Source: a virus | Lineage: Duplodnaviria > Caudoviricetes | Strand: one strand, 5' to 3' | Virus record (IMG/VR): IMGVR_UViG_3300047160_007019 | Location: 1-64,000 of that record | DNA: 64,000 bases | In this document: positions 10,218 to 20,178 of the stretch, in pieces | How positions within the stretch are numbered: the first letter of the stretch is position 1 | Layout: each line of letters starts with the position of its first letter | Made by a program: the position numbers and the translations under genes | The notes under the pieces: model-generated | What the model was told of the DNA's origin: nothing | Seen by the model: only the letters and a program-made list of their open reading frames with translations | Databases searched by the model: none

Positions 10218-10816
10218 AGACCACCTCCAAGTTGGCGCCACGAAACCGTGTCGATAGTGATTGAATCGGCCGCGTTCGCGACCCAGGCTTCTGCCTGCAG
10301 ATTGCCGCCGGTGGTGCCCAGGTTCACCGATACGGTGCCACGCTTGAGCGCAAAGCCGTACATGGAATTGAAGTCGGCCCGGCTATGCAGCAAGTGCACG
10401 TTGCCGGTATGGGCGATCAGGAAGTCGGCCTGCAGCCGCACGATGCCGACTTGCGCAGCGGTGAGCGCCACCGCAAGGGCGTTGCTGGTGTCGGCGCTGA
10501 AATTCAACTGCAGGTTTTTGGCGCCGTTCGTGCCCTGCACGTAGGCCAGCATTTCGCCCCGGAGGATCGTATCCACCGAAAGCGCGCCGGCGGCGATGGC
10601 GCGCGAATCGACCACGTTGCCGCTGGTGGTGCTGTTGACCACCGTGCCGGGGTTGCTGCAATAGCCGTAGGCAGTGGGCTGGAATGGGAAGAAGTGTTTT
10701 ACACCGCTGGTGTCGTACCAGCACGGATAGCCCGTGGCCGGGTCTTGCAACATGACGATTTCGCCGGCCTGCTGGCCCAGCGTGGGATTGCTATCAGGCG
10801 ACAGGTAAAGGCTCAT
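10214..10816 (-). CDS. putative virion structural protein
   Basis: coupled ORF, beta-rich composition. Confidence 0.55.
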   Translation of the reverse strand: MSLYLSPDSNPTLGQQAGEIVMLQDPATGYPCWYDTSGVKHFFPFQPTAYGYCSNPGTVVNSTTSGNVVDSRAIAAGALSVDTILRGEMLAYVQGTNGAKNLQLNFSADTSNALAVALTAAQVGIVRLQADFLIAHTGNVHLLHSRADFNSMYGFALKRGTVSVNLGTTGGNLQAEAWVANAADSITIDTVSWRQLGGGL

Positions 10817-11010
10817 AGGTGCAAGGCCCCCACCAAGTGCAATTGGCCGCCGCTGGTGCCGCTGCCGCTGGCCGCGCAGTGGATTTTTTTGGCGATCACC
10901 TGGGTGTTACTGCTGACGGTGTAGCTGCCAGCGGTAGCGATCTGCACCGGCGGGAAGCTGGCACCACTGCCGCTGGTGTTCAACTGCTTCTGCTGGATGA
11001 TCTGCGTCAT
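10813..11010 (-). CDS. small putative virion protein
   Basis: coupled ORF. Confidence 0.55.
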   Translation of the reverse strand: MTQIIQQKQLNTSGSGASFPPVQIATAGSYTVSSNTQVIAKKIHCAASGSGTSGGQLHLVGALHL

Positions 11011-11013
11011 GGC

Positions 11014-11709
11014 TTAGTACGCGTAGATCGCGCCGATATTGTCGGTGGTGGCGAGGCTGAAGCCGGCATTGGCTGAAGTCCACGTCAGCGTCTGACCGGA
11101 CACGGTGAAGTCGGTACCGTTACGCATCGCCTGACCATTGACGAACAGCACCACCGCCGAGGTGTTGATCGGAAGCTTTGTCAGATTGGACAACGTGTTG
11201 GTTGAGGTACACGTGACCCCAGCATCGTAGTAGAACGTACCGCTCGAACCAGGGAAGCCGGCACTGCCACCAGCCAAGTTCGAGAACAGCGCATTGAACG
11301 GGTAATCGTTGAAGCTGAAGCTGTAGGGGATGCCGATGTTGACGGCCTGATTCAGCGTCGCCGCGTGCTGCATGCCGCTGGCATCGTTGTAGTAGAACGA
11401 GACGGTGTAGACCGACGTGGCGAAGGTGATGATGCCGTAGACAGTGAAACCATCAATCTCAATGGCCTCGTTGCTCGGATAGGCCGCGACCGGGCAATAG
11501 CTGGTGCTGTTGCAGATGACGCCTTCGGTGTTGTAGGCGCCATTGGCGTTCAGGGGAACACTGGTGCCGTTGTTGCCGGCGGTCGCCAAAGCCGTTGTCA
11601 GCGGCGAGGTAACATTGAGCGTCGCGGCCGATGAGACGTTCTGGTTGGACAGAGCGACATAAGCGGCGAGGAATTTTGAAACCTGCTTTGCTTGGAACAG
11701 ATTGCTCAT
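11014..11709 (-). CDS. putative virion protein with LFVNGQ..GTDFTVSG domain
   Basis: motif shared with 11713-12159. Confidence 0.6.
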   Translation of the reverse strand: MSNLFQAKQVSKFLAAYVALSNQNVSSAATLNVTSPLTTALATAGNNGTSVPLNANGAYNTEGVICNSTSYCPVAAYPSNEAIEIDGFTVYGIITFATSVYTVSFYYNDASGMQHAATLNQAVNIGIPYSFSFNDYPFNALFSNLAGGSAGFPGSSGTFYYDAGVTCTSTNTLSNLTKLPINTSAVVLFVNGQAMRNGTDFTVSGQTLTWTSANAGFSLATTDNIGAIYAY

Positions 11710-11712
11710 GAC

Positions 11713-12159
11713 TTATGCCTCTTGGTAGCGGAACTGGACCGCGTCAGTCGCCGCAAGGGAGTAGGCCAGGGTCATCGTGACGGTGTTCCCGCCGACGGTG
11801 AAGTCCTCTCCGAATACCAGCAACTGACCGTTGATGTTGGCCTGAAGGGACAGCGCATCCGGTGTTTCTGGCAGCGTGAATGAAGTTTGCCCAGGGGACA
11901 CGGTAGGGGTGTACACAAACCACGCCAGAGAAAGAGCCTGGATCGCTGCAAGGATCGCGGCCAGAGTAGTGACCACTGGCGAGTCAGAAGCCTCCACTGT
12001 CGGGATGGAGTCGGCCGATGCCTGCTGGCCGATCTTCTCATTGCCCAAGCCATCAACAAGTGACACTGCCTCGGCATCAACGGGTACGCCGCCGATGTTG
12101 TTCCGGAATGTCTGCAGGCTAGCGGTCGTTCCTGCAACTGGAATAGATGCGTCGGTCAT
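11713..12159 (-). CDS. putative virion protein (INGQLLVFGEDFTVGG domain)
   Basis: C-terminal domain similar to neighbour. Confidence 0.6.
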   Translation of the reverse strand: MTDASIPVAGTTASLQTFRNNIGGVPVDAEAVSLVDGLGNEKIGQQASADSIPTVEASDSPVVTTLAAILAAIQALSLAWFVYTPTVSPGQTSFTLPETPDALSLQANINGQLLVFGEDFTVGGNTVTMTLAYSLAATDAVQFRYQEA

Positions 12160-12603
12160 TTACTCCCCCACTTTCTTTGCTGTCATGCGGATAATACGCC
12201 CGTACATATCCCGCTCGTTGACCTTGAACTCCCACTGGCTGGCGGTGTCCCCGCCTGACACGGAAAGTTGTTCAAGGTTTTGCGTGATTCGCTGGAGCAG
12301 TTCCTGCGTGTTGCCATGGTCTGGCGACACAACTACCGGGTTGTCTCGCGCGGCCCTCATTTGTGCGGTCAGCGATAGCACGATGGCCTGGAGGGACTGC
12401 ATGGTGGCATCAAAGACGTGACGCTGGCCGTCCTGTACCTTCACCAACTCCTGCGCCAGCTCAGCAAGCCCGCGGACCATGTTTTCGACGGCCTCGCTGT
12501 TGCCACTGCGATCCATCGGCGCTGAGTCTTCGCGGTCGATCAATTCCGCGACGCCAGCCTTCAGCATCCGCTCCGCGCTGTCTTTCTTCAGGACGCGAGG
12601 CAT
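12160..12603 (-). CDS. hypothetical protein (C-terminal WEFKVNERDMYGRI)
   Basis: ORF in virion operon. Confidence 0.6.
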   Translation of the reverse strand: MPRVLKKDSAERMLKAGVAELIDREDSAPMDRSGNSEAVENMVRGLAELAQELVKVQDGQRHVFDATMQSLQAIVLSLTAQMRAARDNPVVVSPDHGNTQELLQRITQNLEQLSVSGGDTASQWEFKVNERDMYGRIIRMTAKKVGE

Positions 12604-15600
12604 TGGAGCATGTCCTGCATGATCTTGATATGGCTGTGAATGTCTTCGAGCGCCTTATCCGCTGGTTCGCGGATGGTCATGCGCTTTCCAGTGTCCTCGT
12701 TGATGGCGACACGGCGCACCCGTATTTTGGAAAGCGGCTTGGTGGGAGCTCGCTTGGGTGCCTCCGGCTTCTTTACGGTGCCGGGCTTTGCGGTGGTTGC
12801 GCCTGGTTCTCCGGCGGCGGCGGATTGTTCGGATACTGGTTGACGGATGGAGAAATCTGGTCCACCTGGGGTTGGCTCGCCGCCGGCAGGTCGATTTTCG
12901 GCGTCCGCGGCTCCGCGATCCCGCGTCTCTTGTACCTCTCCGCCCGCAGTTCGAGGCCCCGCTTGGCCACCTTCACCCGCAAGGTAGGCGTAATCTTCCT
13001 GCGCGAGCCTTTCGGCGTGTTCATCAGCGATCCTCCTGACGGCATCCATGAAGGCTGCATCGTCGTTCTCGAATTGTACGCTTGCGCGCTCCACCGCGTC
13101 AGGGTCAATGGCCATGGCATGCTGCACCATGGCGTTTTCATCCAGGTCCTGTGCGGTCGGGTTGATGCCTTCCTCGTGGAAAGCGGCGGCTTCGGTCTGC
13201 CGGGCATCGGCTTCGTCCAGAAGGGCCTGTACATGACGGGTTTCGCGGACGGTCAGTGGTTCGCCAGCCAAGGCTTTTTTGACGGCGGCGCGGGTCGCCC
13301 GTCCTTCCGTGTTCTTGGGCAGGCCAGCGGTGCGCTGTACGTCCCCGAACCATGGCTCATTTGGCATCCATGACGTGAGGCCGGTGACATCGCCGGATTG
13401 CGGCGCCATACCGTAGTTGTCTGATTCACCGCCCTTGGATTCGTCTACTGCCCGCTGCAACCGACCCCCGAGCTGAGCCCAGCCGGCGTTGTGCGACATG
13501 CGTTCCAGTTCGGCCCGGCGGACGGGGTCTTGCAGACGCTCGTCCTGCATAACCGCGCGGCGTCGACCGGTCGGCTTTACTTGCTCTTGCGCGTGACCGG
13601 CTTCTGCTTCGGCCCCCGCTGGCTGTTGTAGATTTGCGCCGCCCTGGTCTTGGCTGCGGCCAGCGGCATTTTCTTCTTCAGCTTGTCCCTGATCGCCTCG
13701 TACTTCTTCGGCATTTTCCTTCTCCTCTGGTACTGCGGTGGTTTCCGGGGCACCGATACGCGCCTCGGGGTAGCGTTCCTTGAACTGCTCGCGGAGCTGC
13801 TGCTGCGATAGCGGCGGCTCTTTCTCCAACCGCTTCTGCAGGCGCTTGGCACCTAGATTGCGGGCCATCTCGGCAGCGGCTTCGTCGGCCTTCTCGGCGG
13901 TCTTGCCGGTGGCCAGTACCTTGCCGCTGTTGGCGTCGATCACGACATGCGAGCCGTCTTCGGCCTTCGCGGTGATGACCTCGAAGCGCTTGAGCAGCTT
14001 GCCGTGGACTGGGCTGGTGTACTTGTTTCCATCGGTGTCCAGCACGAAGCGGTTGTCCGGGGCTTCGCCGTCCTGGCGCATCTCCGGACCGCCTGGGGTC
14101 ACCCGATAGGGTTCGGTGCCTACCCGGTTGGTGGTGTTGCCGCGGGCACGGGCCTCATGGGCGGCAGCATCGTTCCATGGCTGCCTCAGCTGCTCAATCT
14201 CGTTCGGGTCGAACCCTAACTGCCGGTCGCGGTGATGTTGAAGTTCGGTCGCTACCCGGTGAGCCTCATAGTAGTCCTTGCCGGCCTGCATCTCCGCTTC
14301 TTCGTCGCGCTCGTGCTTGTCGTCGGACGCCAGCAGGTTGTACGGCTTGAGGCTGGTAGCACCGGTTTCCGGGTCGGTGTGGGTCGCCCATATCCAGTCC
14401 GGCTTTTCCTTGCTGTGGACGGTGGTGCGGCCGTCCACATCGTTGCCGGCGACCAGGCCAACGTTCTCACCGGTGCGGACCGGCAGGCCGTCCTTGTTGA
14501 CCGTCTCCCCGGCGCTGGGCGGCAGGATCGGGTCGCCCGGCTTCGCGCCCTCAGGCGGTGTTGCAGTAGCCGGGTCAAAAGTTGCGGACTCGGCCGGTTT
14601 TGTTGCGGAAACGGCACCTTCTGGTGCGAGTGGGGCCGGTTTTGCGGCTTCCTGGCGCTTCCGCAGGGCGTCAACAATGTCGTTTGGCGTGGTCTGGCCG
14701 GTGACCTCCACCCCGTTCTCGGTGGCGATCCGGCGCAGGTTGTTGGTGATGAAACCGGGGACTCCGCCCTGATCTACCTTGTCGAGCAGGTCTTTGGCTT
14801 CTGGCGTGATCGTTCCATGTGGAACAGTTACTGCCCCAGCAGCTTCCGGTTGTGCCGGTGCGCCAGCACTGCGTTCGCTTGGGCTACCAGCTTGCTGCCG
14901 TGCGGATTCGCCAGAACGGTCGGCTCCGGCGGCCGGCGGTGTTTCTTCGGCCGGTTCTGCCCCGGTTGGAAGTGCGGGTCCTGAACCTGCGGCGGGCTGT
15001 CCTGCCCCGGCAGTGGCTGGGCCAAGGGTATCGTCGGTTGGGTGGGCATTGACAAGTTCCTGTGCGGCTGTGGGATCGTGGCCAGCCAGATCGACCAGGG
15101 CGGCTACCTGGTCAACGGGCACGTCGTTGGGGTGATCGCCGGTCGCCGTGGCCGCGGCGGCGTGTTCGTCGGGCGTGAGCTTTGGGGCCTTGTTGATTTT
15201 TTTCGGCTCAACTGTAGGCGTTTCAGGCGTCTCGTCCGGTCCAGGGACGTAGCCTTCCGGCTGGCCTTCCAGCCGGATCATGCCTTGGTCCTTCCTGGAG
15301 TCCTTCAGCGGCAGCAGATCGTCCAGAGTGGCTTCGTTAGGACCAGGAACATAACCGGGCGGGTATCCTTCAACCTGGATCAGTCCCGGCTTCTTCTCAG
15401 CCTCTCCATGGCCTTCCAGATCGATCAGATTGCTGGCATCCGGAGCCTCCAACTTGGTGCCATAGGCGCCAGCCAGCTTGGCCGGATCGTTGATATTGTC
15501 CTGAAGGAATTTAAGCTCCGACTTCAAGGAATCGGACTTATCCTTACCAAGCAAGGCTATCTTATCTCGATTGCGTTCAACCCCCTTCGGGGTTCCGTCA

Positions 15601-16844
15601 TCATGGAATCCAGTCGGCTCCAACGGACCGTGCAATTGATCCTGGATGTCGCTGATCCGCTTCTTGGCATGGGCCGTGATGTCGTCTACGGAGATAGTAG
15701 GTAGTTCAGGAGCGGCAGGGGGTTGAGTCGGTTCTGGCTGCTTGCCAAGCGGGTCCGCCTTGTCCGCCTTGCCGCGGTAGTAGTCCGCCGCTGCGGTGTC
15801 GCCACGGGCCTGTGCCTTGGCTGCCAAGCGGCGCAGGTCTTGCCCGGCGGCATAGCCACGGTGGAACTTGTCGATGCGTTCACGGACGGCTTTGATCGCT
15901 TCTGGTGTTTTGGCATCTTGCAGATCAGAGTGTAGCTCGGCCAAATTCTCACCTTCAGCCCCCAAACCGAGCAAAACGCCCTGGCCGACAGTTTGAACGG
16001 CTTGACTGACGTCCTGCGGCAAGAGAGGTTGTCGCTGATCCTGTGGCTTACCAACATTCTCGATCGCAGTGGCGGCCGCTTGGCCAGGGATCGAACCAAC
16101 TCCACCGCCGATAGATTTACCAGTGAGGCGTGCTGCCTCCTGAGCGAACGGTTTCGCAGTTGCTGGAAAAGCACTTTTAAACAAAGGGCCAAAAGCACGA
16201 CCACCGATTTCTGTTGTGATCAATTCAGGGATCGCTTCCACAGTACCCTTGGCCGCGCCTTCGACCATCGGCAGCGTTTCACCACTATTTTCTTGCGCTG
16301 CCTGAACCATTCTTTCTTGGCCACTGAACAACATGTTCGCTATGCCTGGTCCTGATCCACCGATAATTCCTCCAATGGCTCCTCCTGGAGTTAAGCGTTC
16401 ATCTGGCTTAAGGCCATAATTTGCAGCAGCAGCACGCAACCGATCAGCTTCCTCGAAGGCATTTACGGATTGTTCAGGCTTGACGCCTGGAATGGATGGG
16501 CCTTGTGAGATGGCACGTAACCGGGCCTGTTCCTCAGGGGATGTCTGAGGTAGACCAAGAGCCTTCATACCGCGCTCGGCATAGTCCTCCAACGCTCCGG
16601 TAGTGGTCAGGACGTTAGCGCCCAATCGCTCCGACTCACCGATGGCGGAGCGAACCATCTGCTCCCCAAACCCAACAGGGGTTTTTGATTCCTCAGAATA
16701 ATTCTGGTCCCAAGGCATCTTGCCGTGGTCGTAAGTTGAGCCATCATCCTCATAGCTCAATTCCCACGGCTTCGGTTGATTGCCTGGCTGATATGGCGCA
16801 ATCGGGATGTATGGGATTGGATCGGCCATTAGATCTTCTTCCAA
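12588..16844 (-). CDS. large internal virion/ejection protein
   Basis: 1418 aa, Ala/Glu/Pro rich, position after pilot-like genes. Confidence 0.65.
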   Translation of the reverse strand: MEEDLMADPIPYIPIAPYQPGNQPKPWELSYEDDGSTYDHGKMPWDQNYSEESKTPVGFGEQMVRSAIGESERLGANVLTTTGALEDYAERGMKALGLPQTSPEEQARLRAISQGPSIPGVKPEQSVNAFEEADRLRAAAANYGLKPDERLTPGGAIGGIIGGSGPGIANMLFSGQERMVQAAQENSGETLPMVEGAAKGTVEAIPELITTEIGGRAFGPLFKSAFPATAKPFAQEAARLTGKSIGGGVGSIPGQAAATAIENVGKPQDQRQPLLPQDVSQAVQTVGQGVLLGLGAEGENLAELHSDLQDAKTPEAIKAVRERIDKFHRGYAAGQDLRRLAAKAQARGDTAAADYYRGKADKADPLGKQPEPTQPPAAPELPTISVDDITAHAKKRISDIQDQLHGPLEPTGFHDDGTPKGVERNRDKIALLGKDKSDSLKSELKFLQDNINDPAKLAGAYGTKLEAPDASNLIDLEGHGEAEKKPGLIQVEGYPPGYVPGPNEATLDDLLPLKDSRKDQGMIRLEGQPEGYVPGPDETPETPTVEPKKINKAPKLTPDEHAAAATATGDHPNDVPVDQVAALVDLAGHDPTAAQELVNAHPTDDTLGPATAGAGQPAAGSGPALPTGAEPAEETPPAAGADRSGESARQQAGSPSERSAGAPAQPEAAGAVTVPHGTITPEAKDLLDKVDQGGVPGFITNNLRRIATENGVEVTGQTTPNDIVDALRKRQEAAKPAPLAPEGAVSATKPAESATFDPATATPPEGAKPGDPILPPSAGETVNKDGLPVRTGENVGLVAGNDVDGRTTVHSKEKPDWIWATHTDPETGATSLKPYNLLASDDKHERDEEAEMQAGKDYYEAHRVATELQHHRDRQLGFDPNEIEQLRQPWNDAAAHEARARGNTTNRVGTEPYRVTPGGPEMRQDGEAPDNRFVLDTDGNKYTSPVHGKLLKRFEVITAKAEDGSHVVIDANSGKVLATGKTAEKADEAAAEMARNLGAKRLQKRLEKEPPLSQQQLREQFKERYPEARIGAPETTAVPEEKENAEEVRGDQGQAEEENAAGRSQDQGGANLQQPAGAEAEAGHAQEQVKPTGRRRAVMQDERLQDPVRRAELERMSHNAGWAQLGGRLQRAVDESKGGESDNYGMAPQSGDVTGLTSWMPNEPWFGDVQRTAGLPKNTEGRATRAAVKKALAGEPLTVRETRHVQALLDEADARQTEAAAFHEEGINPTAQDLDENAMVQHAMAIDPDAVERASVQFENDDAAFMDAVRRIADEHAERLAQEDYAYLAGEGGQAGPRTAGGEVQETRDRGAADAENRPAGGEPTPGGPDFSIRQPVSEQSAAAGEPGATTAKPGTVKKPEAPKRAPTKPLSKIRVRRVAINEDTGKRMTIREPADKALEDIHSHIKIMQDMLQCLAS
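13577..13714 (-). CDS. putative overprinted small basic protein (45 aa) nested in another frame of 12588-16844
   Basis: GAGGAG SD 7 nt before ATG; MPKKYEAIRDKLKKKMPLAAAKTRAAQIYNSQRGPKQKPVTRKSK. Confidence 0.45.
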   Translation of the reverse strand: MPKKYEAIRDKLKKKMPLAAAKTRAAQIYNSQRGPKQKPVTRKSK

Positions 16845-18637
16845 TCCTGCGGGTTGTTTGGATCACCGCCCATGAACATGTAACCGTTGCGCGTATCGCC
16901 CTTCATTGGGCGTTGCACGCGCCCAGGTGTAGCCGGACGCTGCGGCGCTGGTGCCCCGGCATGCGGTGCGGCCTGCGGCTGGGGTGGAGCTGGCGGCGAA
17001 GCGGCGGCTGCGGGTTGCGGCCGGTTGGGCGGGGTGATGCCGCCTGGGGATGGACTTGGCTGTGGTGCTAGGCCGGGCCGGCTCTGAGCCGGTGGGCCTT
17101 CTGCAATCGGCTTGTAGTACACGCTCCCGTCTGGCGCGCGGATTACCTGCATGCGTGTGTGGGTCACGTTTCCCTTTGAGTCCATGGAATCCATCGTATT
17201 CTCAATCTGTGGATTTCGAGGCTGCTTGTCCTTCTGGTGGGCGAAACCGGAAATGGTGGCGTCGCGCAAACCTTCCAGATACTGCTTTCTTTCCGGCGTG
17301 ATCGTTGGGTCCGCCAACTGGGTGTTGATGACGCTCAAGGTCTGGTTCAGCATGCCGCCTTCTGAAGCATGAATCCGCGCTGCCTCAATCTCAGCACCAG
17401 CATGGATATTCGCTTCCTGTAGAGAAGTCCGGCTACGCAACTGCTCGGCCACAATGCTCTGGGCGAAGGCCATCATCTTGGAATCTTTCTCCGAATAGCC
17501 AGCGTCCTTGAATGCCTCGTATGCGCGTTCCTGCTCTGTTGGCATCAGTTCCTTGGGGAGGTCTTTGCCGTGGTCGAAATACCATGCGCGAAGACGATCC
17601 ATCTTCTGAGCCAGAGATTGATTCACTACGCTGGTCGTAGCCTGTTGCTGAGCCTGTTGTGGGGTCGCTCCATTGGCAACGGCCTGATCCCTGGCCTGCA
17701 TGTACTGCTGGGTCATCTGATCGTTTTGAGCGGCCTTGCCAAGGTTCTGGGCTCCGCCGATTGCGGCGATGTGACGCGCAGCCATTGTCTGTCTCTGTGA
17801 AGCCCCATTGCTTTCAGCATTGATGAGCTTCTGCTGGATCGCAGGATCACTGTTTCCAACAGCCATCACCGCCTGCTGGCGCCCCATCATGTCGCTCACA
17901 TCATCAACCGGGTGAACGCCATCCGGAGCTCCCTTCATCCCACGGTAGAACAGATCGTGGTCTTGCGGATGGCCAGAGATGAGAACCGGAGGAGCTAGTT
18001 TCGATGAAACTGTCTTGACTCCATTCCAGTTCCCATTGGTGGCGTGATTCGCCATGTCCTGATGAAGGTCATGCATCGGGCTTGTGCCATCCGGCTGGCC
18101 ATCGCCGTTGTGGTCGTAGTTCGTCACGGCCATGATCGATGGGTGACCGCCCAGGGCGAGGCTGTACACGTCGGAGAAGTCATCGTCGCTCATCGAATGC
18201 GGATCGGCTCCGCGCTTCAACGCAGCAGCATTCGACATGGTGCGAGTCACGCCGTCCTGGACGGGGCCATCTATCATGACGCTGTAGCGTCCTGCCTGAG
18301 CGCTCCTAAGGTCATTGGCGTGACTGTCGATTTCCCTCATCGCAGCTTCGTCGCCACGGTAATATGCAGCCCTGGATAGTTCCTCCAACTGGCCGATCTG
18401 CTTGTCATAGGCTTCAACAGCTGCCTTGTTGAACTCCATGGTCTGCTGCCGGTCGGCGCGCTGTGAAGCCTGATTCTGCAAGCCGAATTCCTGCTGGCGT
18501 AGACCGAACTCCTGTTGCCAGTTCTGCTGCTTCTGGGCGCGGTCGATCATGCCGCCAGCTAACTCTGCGCCACTGGTCAGACCAGAGGAAAGACCGGCTG
18601 CTAGGCCACCACGAGGATATTCCACTCCGTATGCCAT
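16829..18637 (-). CDS. DNA ejection/pilot-type protein
   Basis: GGLAAGLSSGLTSG start, Gln-rich coiled coils, Pro-rich tail. Confidence 0.65.
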   Translation of the reverse strand: MAYGVEYPRGGLAAGLSSGLTSGAELAGGMIDRAQKQQNWQQEFGLRQQEFGLQNQASQRADRQQTMEFNKAAVEAYDKQIGQLEELSRAAYYRGDEAAMREIDSHANDLRSAQAGRYSVMIDGPVQDGVTRTMSNAAALKRGADPHSMSDDDFSDVYSLALGGHPSIMAVTNYDHNGDGQPDGTSPMHDLHQDMANHATNGNWNGVKTVSSKLAPPVLISGHPQDHDLFYRGMKGAPDGVHPVDDVSDMMGRQQAVMAVGNSDPAIQQKLINAESNGASQRQTMAARHIAAIGGAQNLGKAAQNDQMTQQYMQARDQAVANGATPQQAQQQATTSVVNQSLAQKMDRLRAWYFDHGKDLPKELMPTEQERAYEAFKDAGYSEKDSKMMAFAQSIVAEQLRSRTSLQEANIHAGAEIEAARIHASEGGMLNQTLSVINTQLADPTITPERKQYLEGLRDATISGFAHQKDKQPRNPQIENTMDSMDSKGNVTHTRMQVIRAPDGSVYYKPIAEGPPAQSRPGLAPQPSPSPGGITPPNRPQPAAAASPPAPPQPQAAPHAGAPAPQRPATPGRVQRPMKGDTRNGYMFMGGDPNNPQDWKKI

Positions 18638-18648
18638 TGGTCTTCCCC

Positions 18649-19107
18649 TTAAAACATCCTACTGCCAAAATATCCAGCAGCAGCACCGATCAGAGCGCCT
18701 GCTGCGGTTCCCAACCCGGGCACGACCGAGCCGCCAGCCGCACCAGATGCGGCACCGCTGGCTACGGCACTACCAGTACCAACGGCAGCCGTAGTAGCGG
18801 CTGGAGCAGCCACGCCAGACCCTACGACAGCGGCTTCAAAGGCCGGAGTGGCAGTCTCGATGGCAGCGCTCGTTGGAGCCACGGCACTCAACCCAGAAGC
18901 GGCGATGCTTGGAGCATTCGATCCGACCACTGATCCGGCAAGTCCGCCGACCTGAGAGCCTAACTGCCCCTTTGCAGCCTTGGCTTGGGCCTTGATGTTC
19001 GTGTTCTCGATCCCGCGCTGAGTCTCCTGCTTGGCCACGTCATCCATGCCCCTCATGGACTGGTCAAGTTCGCTCTGCCCGAAACCGATTAATCCATAGT
19101 CGGCCAT
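18649..19107 (-). CDS. Gly/Ala-rich pilot/ejection protein
   Basis: PGLGTAAGALIGAAAG motif. Confidence 0.7.
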   Translation of the reverse strand: MADYGLIGFGQSELDQSMRGMDDVAKQETQRGIENTNIKAQAKAAKGQLGSQVGGLAGSVVGSNAPSIAASGLSAVAPTSAAIETATPAFEAAVVGSGVAAPAATTAAVGTGSAVASGAASGAAGGSVVPGLGTAAGALIGAAAGYFGSRMF

Positions 19108-19118
19108 GTAGTTTCTCC

Positions 19119-19550
19119 TTAAGCTTGTGCCCCACCGATAGCGCCAGCCGGCAAAGCAGGCGCAGTCGGCGAACCAGTGAGAGCCATGTTCTGAAGGTTG
19201 TACGTACTGATCGCTGCCCGGTTGGCAGCATCGTCCATCGATGTGGTCTTGGCCACCGCCTGCTGGCGCCCAAGGGCTGCCTTCTGGTCAGGCGTCAGGA
19301 CAATGCCTTGAGACTTTAACTGCTTGTTCAGGCCCTGCTGCTGCGCCTGAAAGGCATTGCCTGCCGTCGCCATTGCCTGCTGGGCAGAAGCAGTCGGCGC
19401 ATTCGGGTCCGTGGCGAAGGAGATAAGCTTGTTCTCCTGTGGGACGAACTGGGCCAAATAATTTTGGTACTGTGAATTTATTACGTTGGCCAAAATGTTG
19501 CTCGCGCTTCCTGGCTGCATGAATGAGTAACTGGTCGAACCGCCGCCCAT
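19119..19550 (-). CDS. pilot/ejection-type protein
   Basis: MGGGS start, Gln/Ala rich. Confidence 0.6.
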   Translation of the reverse strand: MGGGSTSYSFMQPGSASNILANVINSQYQNYLAQFVPQENKLISFATDPNAPTASAQQAMATAGNAFQAQQQGLNKQLKSQGIVLTPDQKAALGRQQAVAKTTSMDDAANRAAISTYNLQNMALTGSPTAPALPAGAIGGAQA

Positions 19551-19563
19551 CGTCGTTCTCCTT

Positions 19564-20175
19564 TTAGCTCATGGTGATGCCGTAGTTCGGAGCCGCTGCC
19601 GGCGGCGCAGAACCACGCAAGGCTGGCTGTAGACCATAAGTCCCAGCGTATCCCACACCAGTACCAATGGCCTGTCCCAAACCTTCTGCATTGGCCGCTG
19701 AGGCATTGGCGTTGGCTGCCGTCACCTCACCGCCAAGATTGGCCAGATCGGATAGAGAAGTGCTGGCCGTAGCCTGCTGGCCCTGGCCAATGGCCATGAT
19801 CTGCTGCAAGCCTTCCAAGTAGCTCTTGTCGGCTGAGGCGTCCGCCGCGGTAACGGCTCCGCCAGTAGCGCTAGCCTCGTAGTTGGCGAACTTTCTCAGG
19901 CCGAACACGTCACGGCCGCTACCCGTCTCCACCCCTGCGTCTCGTAGAGCCATGCTCATGCGCTGGCCTGCATTGCTGAACTGGCCGCGTACATCGGTGA
20001 CGCCTTCGCCACCCAGAAATGCCCTGGTTGGCTGCTGGCTCTGGTCGACCCGCTGCTGGAAGAACTGCACAACCGGCTGCCAGCGCCGCTGATAGTCGGC
20101 GTACTTCTGCTGGAAAACATTGGCCTCGGCAATTTGTTCCGGGCTTTCAGGCACCTGGCTATCACTCCCGCCCAT
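19564..20175 (-). CDS. pilot/ejection-type protein
   Basis: MGGSD start, Gly/Ala-rich C-terminus. Confidence 0.6.
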   Translation of the reverse strand: MGGSDSQVPESPEQIAEANVFQQKYADYQRRWQPVVQFFQQRVDQSQQPTRAFLGGEGVTDVRGQFSNAGQRMSMALRDAGVETGSGRDVFGLRKFANYEASATGGAVTAADASADKSYLEGLQQIMAIGQGQQATASTSLSDLANLGGEVTAANANASAANAEGLGQAIGTGVGYAGTYGLQPALRGSAPPAAAPNYGITMS

Positions 20176-20178
20176 GGC

